The notes beneath the pieces are model-generated. The model had not been told where the DNA came from, ran no database searches, and worked only from the letters and a program-made list of their open reading frames with translations. Shown here in pieces: positions 7,106 through 18,967 of a stretch of DNA of 64,000 nt. Position numbers and translations under genes: made by a program. Origin of the DNA: Candidatus Bathyarchaeia archaeon (lineage in GTDB: Bacteria > Patescibacteriota > Microgenomatia > PFEM01 > JAFGMK01). How positions within the stretch are numbered: position 1 is the stretch's first letter; each line of letters starts with the position of its first letter. The stretch lies in contig DATKWK010000017.1 in the NCBI GenBank assembly GCA_035529595.1, positions 116,970 through 180,969 of the forward strand, given 5' to 3'.

Positions 7106-7717
7106 ATTGATCCTCAAAAGATCGGTGTAAATCGGGCCTTGGGGAGTCAGTTGGCTTTTAATCAAAGCGACTTGGTTGATTTGAAACGACCATTTTCCCG
7201 GCAGTTGGAACTGGCTTAAAAACCGGCCGAACTCCTTTTTTTGCCCTGGCTTTATTTTTCGCAAACGGGCGATAGTTAGATGCGGGATAAAGGGTTTTGA
7301 ATCAAAAGGAATTTTTTCCTGATTAAGTTTTTCTCTTATTTGGCTATTGATCAGATTTATTTTTTCAATTTCTCCGGTCAAGCCGATCCAAATGATTTTG
7401 GGGAAATCCGGGTTGGGAAAGGCGCCTAACGGGGTTAGTTTAAGTTCAATTGAACTATTCACCTCAGAGGAGTCATGGTTTCTCCGCCGACTGGCGGATT
7501 CAGCCTGACACCTACGAGGTGTTAGGGTATTTTTCATAAGCTTGGCAGTTAGCTCCGCTTGTTCAGGGCTGATATCGGCAAAAAAAATCAGGGTCAAATG
7601 CAGATTTTGTCTTTTAACCCAGGTTGCCTTTACTCCTTTCTGCCGGAGCTGATTCTGGATTTTCTCGAGCCGGTCTTTAATTTTTTCCGGGATTTCTAAA
7701 GCAATAAAAGCTCTCAT
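7100..7717 (-). CDS. thpR: RNA 2',3'-cyclic phosphodiesterase (2H family) with in-frame repeat insertion
   Basis: MRAFIAL, two HxT motifs (LHLTL, PHLTIAR), SQLTPQGPIY. Confidence 0.9.
   Translation of the reverse strand: MRAFIALEIPEKIKDRLEKIQNQLRQKGVKATWVKRQNLHLTLIFFADISPEQAELTAKLMKNTLTPRRCQAESASRRRNHDSSEVNSSIELKLTPLGAFPNPDFPKIIWIGLTGEIEKINLINSQIREKLNQEKIPFDSKPFIPHLTIARLRKIKPGQKKEFGRFLSQFQLPGKWSFQINQVALIKSQLTPQGPIYTDLLRINL
7460..7521. repeat. REP-like element inside the thpR coding sequence
   Basis: cacctcagaggagtc...tccgccgactggcgga...gacacctacgaggtg, translated as TPRRCQAESASRRRNHDSSEV. Confidence 0.75.
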
Positions 7718-7835
7718 GACAGCTAAACTTAAATTTCAAAGATAAAAACTCAAAACCACAACTCAAAACCGAAAATTTTTTAAAGTTTATAAAATTTTAG
7801 ATGTGGATTTAACATTTGCGTTTTGATTTTTTAGA

Positions 7836-9602
7836 TTAGTCCGGCTTAGTGCCTACCAGGTAGATTGCCTGCCAGGGCCGGTAGTTTGAATAGAAAGTCC
7901 TTTCCTGCAAAACCTGGCCGTCTCGGGTGACTTTCCAATCAAAAGCCGCTTTTGCCCCCCAGGCCGGCCAATCGATTTGTTTGGTCGTGCCGACTGGCAG
8001 ATTGGGATCATCCTGATAAAGAGCCGGCGGCGGAGAGGTTTGCCCCCAGATTCTGGTTTTACCTATTTCTGCCTTTCGACCATCCGGCGTTCCGTAAAGC
8101 TCAAAAGTCAATTTCTGAGCCTTTAGGTCAACTTTGGTTTGGACAAGAAGATGAGTTGGCAGATCGTTTTCAAATACGAGGTTCGCAGTCGGATCATAGA
8201 CAGTGGCATCCAAGCCGACTTGCGAGTTTTGTTCATAATAGGAAACCCGATAAGCATGGGCATGGCGTTCAATAATCGGCAGGCCGGCATTTAGAGCCGC
8301 CCGGAAAAGGGTGGTAGATACTTGGCAAACACCGCCGCCGTCTCCCAGAACTGTTCTGCCTGATCTGATAATGTAGGCCTTTTGGTAACCGGTTGTTTCG
8401 GAAACCTCGCCTAATGATTGGTTAAAAGAAAAAGCTTCTTGAGGCTTAATAAGAATTCCGTTTAAGCGCGATGAGGCCAACTTGATATTATGGATTCGGG
8501 AGGCAATAGAGCCTTTAAACCAAGATTCACCCCTACCGATCATTTCTCTTATTCCCAGATTATTGGCATCAGCGGTGGTAATCATCGGTTCAGTAGAGAC
8601 TACCGGTAAAGTTAAAGTTTGATCTCCGGCTAATTCATTTAAAGAGTTAACAATCATTTCTACCGTTGCCAACTGATTAAGCCTTTGGCCGTTTTTGGCC
8701 GGCCGGAATTCAACCACCCGGCCGTTTTCAAACTGAAAAGCGGCATCTTCCGGAGTCTGGTCAATCGAAGCCGCCAATTGCCCGACGTATTCAGAAATTT
8801 TAAACCGGTCGAAGCCGTTACTGGAAAAGAGGAAATTTACCAATTCTTCTTCTTCAAGACTCCAGCTTTTATTTTCCCAGACCAAAGTCAGTCTTTCCCC
8901 CAATAATTTTTCGGCTTGCTTAGTGATTCTGGTCACCTCTTCTTCAATCAAAGAAGGTGAAATAGTCAATAGGGGAAGACTGACGGGATTAGCATCAAGC
9001 TTTTCTAACTTTTCCATTAAGAGAGAAAATAGAAGACGCGTATTTAGCTGTTTTCCCGGTTCTCCCGGGTGAATGACAATGCGGGAGGTTTGACTGGCTT
9101 CTTTAACGACTTCGATGGAAGGCTCAACTGCCGGTATATAGAGTTCGGCTGCCAGACTGGCAACCTTTTCGTCCAAATAATCTTTATCAAAACTATATTC
9201 TAGCTGAAGGTTAATCCCATTTTTTGCTGCTGCTATTTTTTGCCGGGTATTCTGCCAAATATTGCCGGTCCGGCCAAATAGGTAAGCTTTTTTTATACTT
9301 TCATCGGTTTGATATTCCAGTTTTAAGTCATTCCAACCGATTGTCCAGGATTGTTGATCGGCAGTCAGAAGGAGGCCCTTATGCTTGTTGCGGAGGGCTT
9401 TTATAAGCGTCTCAATTATTTTGTTTGCTTCTTGCCGACTTAAATTACCGATTGGTTGGCCAATCAGCGTAATGCCCGGATATATTTTTCCTTGATAAAT
9501 CAGTTGGTAAGAGGCAAAAACAATCAGCGCTAAGACTAGAACTACGGCCGGAAAAAAAAGAGAATATCGCCAATAACTTTTAAGCTTCTTTTTCATTCTC
9601 AT
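7836..9602 (-). CDS. VanW family protein with peptidoglycan-binding repeats
   Basis: N-terminal TM; RIHNIKLA, FSFN, GGGVCQVSTTLFRA, ERHAH, GLDATVY. Confidence 0.9.
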   Translation of the reverse strand: MRMKKKLKSYWRYSLFFPAVVLVLALIVFASYQLIYQGKIYPGITLIGQPIGNLSRQEANKIIETLIKALRNKHKGLLLTADQQSWTIGWNDLKLEYQTDESIKKAYLFGRTGNIWQNTRQKIAAAKNGINLQLEYSFDKDYLDEKVASLAAELYIPAVEPSIEVVKEASQTSRIVIHPGEPGKQLNTRLLFSLLMEKLEKLDANPVSLPLLTISPSLIEEEVTRITKQAEKLLGERLTLVWENKSWSLEEEELVNFLFSSNGFDRFKISEYVGQLAASIDQTPEDAAFQFENGRVVEFRPAKNGQRLNQLATVEMIVNSLNELAGDQTLTLPVVSTEPMITTADANNLGIREMIGRGESWFKGSIASRIHNIKLASSRLNGILIKPQEAFSFNQSLGEVSETTGYQKAYIIRSGRTVLGDGGGVCQVSTTLFRAALNAGLPIIERHAHAYRVSYYEQNSQVGLDATVYDPTANLVFENDLPTHLLVQTKVDLKAQKLTFELYGTPDGRKAEIGKTRIWGQTSPPPALYQDDPNLPVGTTKQIDWPAWGAKAAFDWKVTRDGQVLQERTFYSNYRPWQAIYLVGTKPD

Positions 9603-9699
9603 AAGAATCGTGACTATGCTTGCAATTTAACTCTACCCTTTGTATGATAACATTAGAATCTAATTTTAAATCGTTAATTTTCTATTTTCAATTTCTTCT

Positions 9700-11901
9700 A
9701 TGGCTGCCCAAGATAATCAGAACAAGCAGGATATTTTTTCGCAGGCAGCGGGTAGTACACAACCTGCTTCCGGAAAAGAGCCGAATTCTTCCCCTGCCGG
9801 CGGGTCGCGGTCATCTCAACCGCTGCCGTCTCCACCTTCAGATAAGCCGGCCCTAACGGTTGAGGAGCTATATGCTCCTTCGGGAACAAAACCGGTTTCT
9901 TCAAAACCCATGGTGTCGGTTTTTGCTCCTCCAAAACTGGCAGCCGTGTCTGCCGGCAATCTTTCTGCCGCTGGTTCCCAGTCGCTGGTGGCTGCGGCAG
10001 CAAAACCAAAGTCTCTGTCTGCCGATTTTTCAGATTCTAAACCGGTTTCAGTGACCGGTAAGCCGGCACCCAGTTTGAGCACTGCGGCTGTTATTGCTTC
10101 AAAGGCAGCGGAAGATTCCAGGCCCGGCCCGGTCAATCCGGCCCAAAGGCCTAAAGTGCCAACGCCGTCCTCAACAAAGATACCGGTCGGAAAACCTTTC
10201 CAGCCTGTACCGCCAAAGCCTGAACCTGCTTTCAAGGTAGAAGAACTTTATGCGCCGTCAGAACCAAAAAAAGACGTATTAAAACCAGCGCCGTTTTCGA
10301 TTCCGGCGGCTCCGGCAAAACTTCAATCGGTGCCGGTGCCGGCGCCGGAAAGAAAAGACGCAATTTTCTCTGGCGTAAAATCAACTGAAGAAGAAAAGGC
10401 TAAGATTGAGTTTCCGGTAAGAGAGACTTTTTCTGTTCCTTCCGTGAAAGAAGTAACCGGGCAAAGACAGATGAATCCTCCGCCTGTTCCTCCTGGTGCA
10501 GTTAGGCCGGAACTACCGGTCCCTGCTGTCGTTCCAGTACCAAAGCCAGTCGGCGGCTTATCATCCGAAAAACCCCCCCTGATTCCTTCCCAACCCAAGA
10601 AATTACCGACGGCTAATATCTTCAAGGTTTTACTTATTTTTTTGGCGGTGGTAATTTTAGCCGGCGGCGGTTACTTGATATTCAAAACCTTCGGTAAGAA
10701 AAAGCCGGATGGAGAGGAAACTTTAGTTTACTGGGGATTATGGGAAGACGTCGATATTCTCGAGACAGTAACCAAGGATTGGGAAAAAGATCATCCGCAG
10801 GTAAAAATTAATTATCTCCGCCAGGCTAAAGAAGAATATCGTGAACGACTGCAGTCGGCTTTAGCCAGAAATGAGGGGCCGGATATCTTCCGTTTTCACA
10901 ATACCTGGCTACCGATGTTGAAAGATGAATTGTCACCGATGCCCGCCAACATTATGACTACGGCTCAATTCGAAGAAACTTTTTACCCGGTAGCTGTTTC
11001 TGATTTAAAAATTGGCACCTCGATCTATGGCGTTCCTTTAGAGATTGATACCTTAGCTTTGTTTTATAATGAAGATATTTTCAGAGCGGCCGGTAAAAAT
11101 CCGCCTACTAATTGGGATGAATTGCGAAGGTTGGCGTCCGAACTGACCGTCCGGGATTCCGGCGGACAGGTACAAATTGCCGGTGCAGCCATGGGAGTAA
11201 CCAGCAATATTGACCACTGGTCGGATATTCTTGGCTTGATGATGCTTCAAAACGGCGTTGATCTGGCCAAACCGCGGGGGAAGCTAGCTGAAGATGCGTT
11301 ACTTTTTTATAGTTACATTAATAAAAGAGATCGAGTATGGAATACTAACTTGCCTAATTCAACCTTGGCTTTTGCCAGCGGTAAAGTGGCAATGTACTTC
11401 GGCTTTTCTTGGGATATATTTGAAATCGAGCGAGTTAACAAGGAGCTGAAATATAAGATTGTCCCCGTACCCCAGCTTCCGGAAAGAGAGCCGGTTGCTT
11501 GGGCTTCCTATTGGGTGGAAGGAGTTTCCCGGAGGAGTAAAAAACAAGAACAAGCTTGGGAATTTTTAAAATATCTATCGAGCGAGGAGACAATGATTAA
11601 ACTTTACAAAGCTCAATCTGATCGTCGTCTTTTCGGGGAACCGTATTCACGAAAGAACTTATCTTCCCAATTAAGTAACGATCCCTTAGTCGGTCCTTTT
11701 ATTAATCAGGCGATTTTTGCCAAAAGTTGGTATCTCTGTTCACGAACCTTTGATAACGGCATTAATGAAATGATAATTAAGTATTTTGAAGATGCGGTTA
11801 ATACTACTGGCGACACCGGGACTTCGGCCGGCGATACCCTTCAAACCGTTGCTAAGGGTGTGAGTCAAGTTTTGTCTCGTTACCGCGTCTCCGCCCAGTA
11901 A
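9700..11901 (+). CDS. Membrane-anchored sugar-type extracellular solute-binding protein with ~300 aa Pro/Ser/Ala-rich N-terminus
   Basis: TM at about aa 305-328, then YWGLWE, GPDIF, LFYNEDIF, PPTNWDE, FASGKVAM, AWEFLKYL. Confidence 0.85.
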   Translation: MAAQDNQNKQDIFSQAAGSTQPASGKEPNSSPAGGSRSSQPLPSPPSDKPALTVEELYAPSGTKPVSSKPMVSVFAPPKLAAVSAGNLSAAGSQSLVAAAAKPKSLSADFSDSKPVSVTGKPAPSLSTAAVIASKAAEDSRPGPVNPAQRPKVPTPSSTKIPVGKPFQPVPPKPEPAFKVEELYAPSEPKKDVLKPAPFSIPAAPAKLQSVPVPAPERKDAIFSGVKSTEEEKAKIEFPVRETFSVPSVKEVTGQRQMNPPPVPPGAVRPELPVPAVVPVPKPVGGLSSEKPPLIPSQPKKLPTANIFKVLLIFLAVVILAGGGYLIFKTFGKKKPDGEETLVYWGLWEDVDILETVTKDWEKDHPQVKINYLRQAKEEYRERLQSALARNEGPDIFRFHNTWLPMLKDELSPMPANIMTTAQFEETFYPVAVSDLKIGTSIYGVPLEIDTLALFYNEDIFRAAGKNPPTNWDELRRLASELTVRDSGGQVQIAGAAMGVTSNIDHWSDILGLMMLQNGVDLAKPRGKLAEDALLFYSYINKRDRVWNTNLPNSTLAFASGKVAMYFGFSWDIFEIERVNKELKYKIVPVPQLPEREPVAWASYWVEGVSRRSKKQEQAWEFLKYLSSEETMIKLYKAQSDRRLFGEPYSRKNLSSQLSNDPLVGPFINQAIFAKSWYLCSRTFDNGINEMIIKYFEDAVNTTGDTGTSAGDTLQTVAKGVSQVLSRYRVSAQ

Positions 11902-11929
11902 TTTCGCCTTCTCTGCTATTATTAACTTA

Positions 11930-12865
11930 ATGGATATTCTTGCTGAAAATATCTTAAAGTCCGTTTCTTATGCTGATATTTTCGATTTTCCCTTAACTGC
12001 AGAAGAAATTACCCGTTACTTAATTTCTTCGACTAAGTTCAACCGGCAGGAAGTTGAGTTTACGGCTGGTAGTCTTTATCCTGGTCTTTTAGGAATCCAT
12101 AAAGGGTATTTTTTTTTGAAAAATCGAAAATTAATCATTTCCGGGCGGCTGAGAAGGCAAGAATTTAGTCAGAGAAAATTGGCTCTTGGTCGAAAACTAG
12201 CCTGTCTCTTAAGAATTGTACCTTGGATTCAGGCGGTTTTGCTTACCGGTAATGTTGCTTGGAAAAATGCGGATTCGGGAGATGACATTGATTGGTTGAT
12301 TATTACTGATAAAAATCGGCTTTGGTTGAGTCGGCTTTTCGCGGTTTTGATTTTACAGCTTTTAGGTATCAGGCGGCGGCCAGAGGATAAAGAAGTAAAT
12401 AACAAAATTTGTCTTAACTTGTTTTTGACTAAGGATAATTTAGTGGTTCCCGAAAGCAAACAGGATCTTTTTACCGCCCATGAGATTTTACAGGCCAAAC
12501 CCCTGTGGCAAAGACAACAAGTTTATCTTGACTTCATTCGGGTCAATGCCTGGGCCCAGAAATATCTGGCTAACGCTTATTCCAATATAGTCTGTCGACA
12601 AAGCAGATCAAGCCTAAAGAGCAGAAACAGTCTTTGTTTTAAGGTGTCAGGTGAGTTCTTCCGGCCGTTAAGTAAGATTGGCGGTTGGTTACTGGATTAC
12701 GCAGAGCAGATAGTTTTTAATTGGCAAAAAAAATATATGAGCGGTCGGAGAACAATTGAAACCGTTGAAGTAAGCCGAGCATTTTTCCATCCGGCAAACA
12801 TTCGAAATTGGGTAATGGCTGAATACCGGAAAAGATTAATAACCTTAAAATTAGTAAGAGTTTAG
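11930..12865 (+). CDS. Conserved hypothetical protein with Pol-beta-type nucleotidyltransferase motif
   Basis: LTGNVA..DSGDDIDWLII (G-x..DxD); KICLN. Confidence 0.6.
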   Translation: MDILAENILKSVSYADIFDFPLTAEEITRYLISSTKFNRQEVEFTAGSLYPGLLGIHKGYFFLKNRKLIISGRLRRQEFSQRKLALGRKLACLLRIVPWIQAVLLTGNVAWKNADSGDDIDWLIITDKNRLWLSRLFAVLILQLLGIRRRPEDKEVNNKICLNLFLTKDNLVVPESKQDLFTAHEILQAKPLWQRQQVYLDFIRVNAWAQKYLANAYSNIVCRQSRSSLKSRNSLCFKVSGEFFRPLSKIGGWLLDYAEQIVFNWQKKYMSGRRTIETVEVSRAFFHPANIRNWVMAEYRKRLITLKLVRV

Positions 12866-12984
12866 ACTCTTACTGCTGATAGCCTTAAGACAGCTTCGGG
12901 TGTCTAATATTTTATATTACACCCTGGAGTGTAGAATCTGAATTTTTGGCTTTCAGGTTTTGGTTATGATATTATGGATGGTTA

Positions 12985-13380
12985 ATGTCAAAGTTAGCAG
13001 TAAAACAACTACCGGCTGGTTTCTGGATCCGCCTTCTGGCGATTTTGATTGACGCTCTGGTAATTGCCACCGGTCAGCGAATGTGCCGCTTGATTTTGCA
13101 GCCGCCCTGGCGGGAAGTCTTTTCTTCGGTTTTATCTTTGGCTTATACACCCGTGATGCTTTATTATTATCAAGCGACGCTTGGTAAGCTGGCGCTTGAT
13201 TTAAAAGTAGTTTCTGTCGATGGCAAAAAACTGGGGATTTTTCAAGTACTGCTGCGGGAATGGATCGGTAAATTCATTTCCGCTATTGTTCTGGGTTTGG
13301 GATTTTTATGGGTAGCTTTTGATAAGGATAAACGTGGCTGGCATGATAAACTGGCGGGAACAAAAGTCGTTAAAACATAA
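12985..13380 (+). CDS. RDD family membrane protein
   Basis: AGFWIRLLAILID...TLGK...RE..K...WHDKLAGTKVV. Confidence 0.9.
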   Translation: MSKLAVKQLPAGFWIRLLAILIDALVIATGQRMCRLILQPPWREVFSSVLSLAYTPVMLYYYQATLGKLALDLKVVSVDGKKLGIFQVLLREWIGKFISAIVLGLGFLWVAFDKDKRGWHDKLAGTKVVKT

Positions 13381-13520
13381 GTTTGTCGAGATTTTGTAAT
13401 TGGCGGTTTGTAATTTCTCCTTGGAGTTCGGTACTGGTCGAAACTAGATAGGATCGATCTTTTTCCATTTGATTCAGATAATTGAATTGCGGAATTAAAA
13501 ATGACAAAATGGTTTTTATT

Positions 13521-14264
13521 ATGAATTCCTGGCTTTATTCACTGGTCGCAGTCTCTCTTATCAGTCTGATTTCCATGGTCGGTGTTTTTACTTTGGCGAT
13601 AAGCCGAAAAGTTTTGGAAAAGATAATTCTTTTTTTGGTGGCTTTTGCTGCCGGTGGTCTTCTGGGCGATGTTTTTATTCATCTAATTCCCAATCTTGGG
13701 CAGGAATCCGGTTTTAGTCTTTTTGTTTCCGGTTTGATTTTGGCCGGATTTCTGGTCTTTTTTGCCTTTGAAAAATTTTTAAACTGGCGCCATTGTCATG
13801 AGGTGGATTGCCGGAAGCATCAACAGAATCTTGGTACGATGAACTTAGTTGCTGATGGTTTGCACAATTTCATTGACGGTGCTATGATTGCTGCCAGTTT
13901 CCTGGTTTCCCCGGCAGTCGGTATCGCCACCAGTCTGGCTGTGATCCTTCATGAAATACCGCAGGAAATCGGTGATTTTGCGGTTTTGATTCATTCCGGT
14001 TTTACCAGAAGAAAAGCCCTTTTTTATAATCTTCTTTCTGCTTTGACTGCTTTTTTGGGGGCAATCTTGGTTTTATTCACTCAGCAAACCGGAAAAATCT
14101 CCCAGTTTCTCCTACCTTTAACCGCCGGCAGTTTTTTATACATTGCAGCCGCGGATTTGATTCCTCAATTGCATCAGGAACGAGAACTTAAAAGATCCGC
14201 TTTCCAGTTTATTGGATTGTTGTTGGGGATGGCGGTAATGGTACTTTTATTGCTGCTTGAATAA
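13521..14264 (+). CDS. ZIP family metal transporter
   Basis: DGLHNFIDG, HEIPQEIGDF, His-rich loop WRHCH. Confidence 0.93.
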   Translation: MNSWLYSLVAVSLISLISMVGVFTLAISRKVLEKIILFLVAFAAGGLLGDVFIHLIPNLGQESGFSLFVSGLILAGFLVFFAFEKFLNWRHCHEVDCRKHQQNLGTMNLVADGLHNFIDGAMIAASFLVSPAVGIATSLAVILHEIPQEIGDFAVLIHSGFTRRKALFYNLLSALTAFLGAILVLFTQQTGKISQFLLPLTAGSFLYIAAADLIPQLHQERELKRSAFQFIGLLLGMAVMVLLLLLE

Positions 14265-14293
14265 AACAATGTTCAAGTGAAAAAGGATCGGCG

Positions 14294-15295
14294 ATGCGAT
14301 TAGGTAAAGCCCTTTTTGTTTATTTCTTGATTTTTATTTGCCTTTTTTTGGCCGGCGTTTACGTTTTTGGCAGAAATTATCTTAAGCGGTTAGAGAGAAA
14401 GAGTGCTCAGGTTATTTTGCCCTTCCCGGCAGCTACGCCGACAACCCGGCCACCGCCGACGGAAATCTCGCTCGTTGTTACCGGTGACGTCATGCTGGCA
14501 CGGTCGGTGACGACAAAAATGCGCGCCCTTGATAATTTTGCTTATCCTTTTACCGAAACCGCCGCTGTCTTAAAGGAAGCTGACTTGACTTTAATTAATC
14601 TTGAGTCGCCCTTTGGCAGTAATTGTTCTTCAACCGATACCGGAATGGTTTTTTGTGCTGACCAGCAGGCGATTGAGGGATTAATTAAAGCCGGAGTCGA
14701 TTTGGTGTCTCTGGCTAATAACCATGTGCTGGATCAAGGCGAGGCGGGATTAAGCGAAACAATCCAATTGATTAAACAAAACTTCATGACCCCTGTCGGC
14801 TTGAGAGATCCGGCCTTTTTGGAAGTCAACGGAGTGAAACTGGTTTTCTTGGCTTATAATGCCGTCAATCCACAGTCAACCCTGGTGTCTTGGGCGGATC
14901 CGGCTGTAATTGAGTCGGAGATAAAACGGTTTAGCCGAGAGGCTGATGTTTTAGTCGTTTATTTCCACTGGGGCCAGGAATATGCCGAAACCCCCAGAAG
15001 CGGCAGCGGTAGCCCTTTTGATCCGAAGAAACTGGCTCATCAGGCGATTGATGCCGGCGCCGATCTGGTTTTAGGCAGCCATCCTCATGTTGTTTGGGAC
15101 AACGAGTGGTATAACGGTAAACTAATTGTCTATTCGTTGGGAAACTTTGTTTTCGACCAAAGTTGGAGCCAGGAAACCCAAAAAGGGACTCTCGGAAAAT
15201 TTATCCTAGATCAGGAGGGTCTGGTCTCGGCTGATTTTTTGCCCGTGGAAATCATCAACTATCAACCGGTATTTACCGATAATTCTTCGAGTTAA
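14294..15295 (+). CDS. CapA family metallophosphoesterase
   Basis: GDVM, NLE, LANNH, HWGQE, GSHPH, YSLGNFVFDQ. Confidence 0.92.
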   Translation: MRLGKALFVYFLIFICLFLAGVYVFGRNYLKRLERKSAQVILPFPAATPTTRPPPTEISLVVTGDVMLARSVTTKMRALDNFAYPFTETAAVLKEADLTLINLESPFGSNCSSTDTGMVFCADQQAIEGLIKAGVDLVSLANNHVLDQGEAGLSETIQLIKQNFMTPVGLRDPAFLEVNGVKLVFLAYNAVNPQSTLVSWADPAVIESEIKRFSREADVLVVYFHWGQEYAETPRSGSGSPFDPKKLAHQAIDAGADLVLGSHPHVVWDNEWYNGKLIVYSLGNFVFDQSWSQETQKGTLGKFILDQEGLVSADFLPVEIINYQPVFTDNSSS

Positions 15296-15319
15296 TCTGG
15301 AAACTTCTTGCCTTTCCTC

Positions 15320-15373
15320 TTGACAAACGGTTTTTCCTTTTTTAAAATAGCAATCGTTATCACGGAGTGATAA
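15320..15373 (+). promoter_or_regulatory. groESL promoter with CIRCE-like operator
   Basis: TTGACA 15320-15325, 17 bp, TAAAAT 15343-15348; ATAGCAATC-N9-GAGTGATAA at 15347-15373 vs consensus TTAGCACTC-N9-GAGTGCTAA. Confidence 0.8.
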
Positions 15374-15424
15374 TAAATTATTTTTAACCAGTTAAATAAG
15401 TTTATATATTAAGGAGGAAATATT

Positions 15425-17420
<1,996 letters not shown>

Positions 17421-17434
17421 TTGACAGATTGAAA

Positions 17435-17470
17435 ATCAAAAAAGCCCCGAAAATTCGGGGCTTTTTTGAT
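17435..17470. terminator. Bidirectional intrinsic terminator
   Basis: atcaaaaaagccccgaa-aa-ttcggggcttttttgat. Confidence 0.9.
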
Positions 17471-17560
17471 AGATAAAGAAATTATATTTCAAGTTAAATC
17501 CCTTTTTACCAATGTCAAAATAAAACCAGAAAGCATAATATTTTACAAAGGAGGTAAAAG

Positions 17561-17833
17561 ATGGCTAAAATAACCGATGGGCAAGAAAAGCCTGGTTCGG
17601 CAGTCAAAATTACGGTTCTCGGAGATGTTAAGATTCTTTATTCCGACTCCGTAATCATCCATACTAACCGGTTTGGTCTAGTTTTTGATTTTGCTCAACC
17701 GGTGGGTCCGCGGCAACAGAATGTCGTCTCCCGAATCGGTATGAGTCGGGAACACGCTCGTGTTTTTGCTCAGATTTTGGTCCGACAGTTGGAAAAAGAC
17801 CAAAATAAGCCGAGTAAGACCGTCATTCACTGA
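17561..17833 (+). CDS. DUF3467-like protein
   Basis: ILYSDSVII..FGLVFDFAQ..VVSRIGMSREHA; GGAGG SD. Confidence 0.75.
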   Translation: MAKITDGQEKPGSAVKITVLGDVKILYSDSVIIHTNRFGLVFDFAQPVGPRQQNVVSRIGMSREHARVFAQILVRQLEKDQNKPSKTVIH

Positions 17834-17891
17834 TAGATTTTATTTTAGGTGATTATTTTACTAGTTTTCTTATTGATTAGTGAAGGAGTTT

Positions 17892-18593
17892 TTATTTCAA
17901 AAGACTCATGGGATTGATTTTTTCACCATTCTGCCAAACTTCCAGATGAAGATGAGGACCGGTTGTCCAGCCGCTCATACCGACAGTACCCAATATTGTT
18001 TTTGATTCAACTTCTTGGTTTTCTGAAACCCGAATGTTTTCCAAGTGAGCATAGAGTGATTTGATTCCGGAGTCATGATTAATAATTAAATGATTGCCGT
18101 AGCCGGCAGTAGAGTAGATCACCGATTCTACGGTACCCCTCATTAAGGGATAAATTAAACTGCCTTTTTTTCCTTTTAAATCAATTGCCCGGTGAAGAGG
18201 ATGATATCCTTGGCTGATTTGCAATGGAGAAAGAGGCGCCTTGATCGATTCTTCGGTCGTGACTTTAATATTTCCGTTGGCATCATAGATGATTGTTTCA
18301 GCGTCTGCTGCAAAATTAAAGGCCGATATTGGTTTACTGACATTGCCAAGAAAGAATAGGGCTAAGGCCAGGTTAAGACCAACAAATTCTTTGATTTTTT
18401 TAAGCTCTAAGATTCTTCTGAAGACGCGACTGATCTTATTACCTTTAAAGCGTTTATCACAATAAACTCTTTTAAGATAAAAATAGAAATTATGACTACG
18501 GGTAAAGAGAGTCTTTTTTGGACGACCCTTTTTCTTACCGAGTTTGACTTGCAGTTCGTTTCTGCCAAAAGAAAAATGAAAGTTGATCATCAT
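17892..18593 (-). CDS. M23 family metallopeptidase
   Basis: HRAID, YGN, SLYAHL, TGPHLHLE. Confidence 0.93.
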   Translation of the reverse strand: MMINFHFSFGRNELQVKLGKKKGRPKKTLFTRSHNFYFYLKRVYCDKRFKGNKISRVFRRILELKKIKEFVGLNLALALFFLGNVSKPISAFNFAADAETIIYDANGNIKVTTEESIKAPLSPLQISQGYHPLHRAIDLKGKKGSLIYPLMRGTVESVIYSTAGYGNHLIINHDSGIKSLYAHLENIRVSENQEVESKTILGTVGMSGWTTGPHLHLEVWQNGEKINPMSLLK

Positions 18594-18769
18594 AAAACGG
18601 GCAATAAAAAAATCTGAGCCTTTTGGCTCAGACTACCAATAGTATATCACAAAAAGTCAAAATTGAGCAAAAATGGAAGTAATCTCAGGATGAGATTTTA
18701 GTGGAACTTGTCTGTTTGACTGACTAGGAAATGACGACTGATTTGGTAAAAACTGACAGATTTAACTTG

Positions 18770-18840
18770 AGGCCTGGGCGGGAATCGCACCCGCGTACGC
18801 GGTTTTGCAGACCGCTCCCTGGCTACTCGGGCACCAGGCC
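18770..18840 (-). tRNA. tRNA-Cys(GCA), CCA not encoded
   Basis: GGCCTGG acceptor stem / CCAGGCC + U discriminator; anticodon arm GCGGT-CTGCAAA-ACCGC; T arm GCGGG-TGCGATT-CCCGC. Confidence 0.93.
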
Positions 18841-18967
18841 GGATAGTTTATTTTACTAATAATTTACCTTATAGTAAAGATAGGGTCTTGAAGGGACAAA
18901 TCCGAGGTTTGGAAAATATTTTTTCCAGGCTATGTTATACTGAATAAAGCGCTATTTAAAATTTTTT

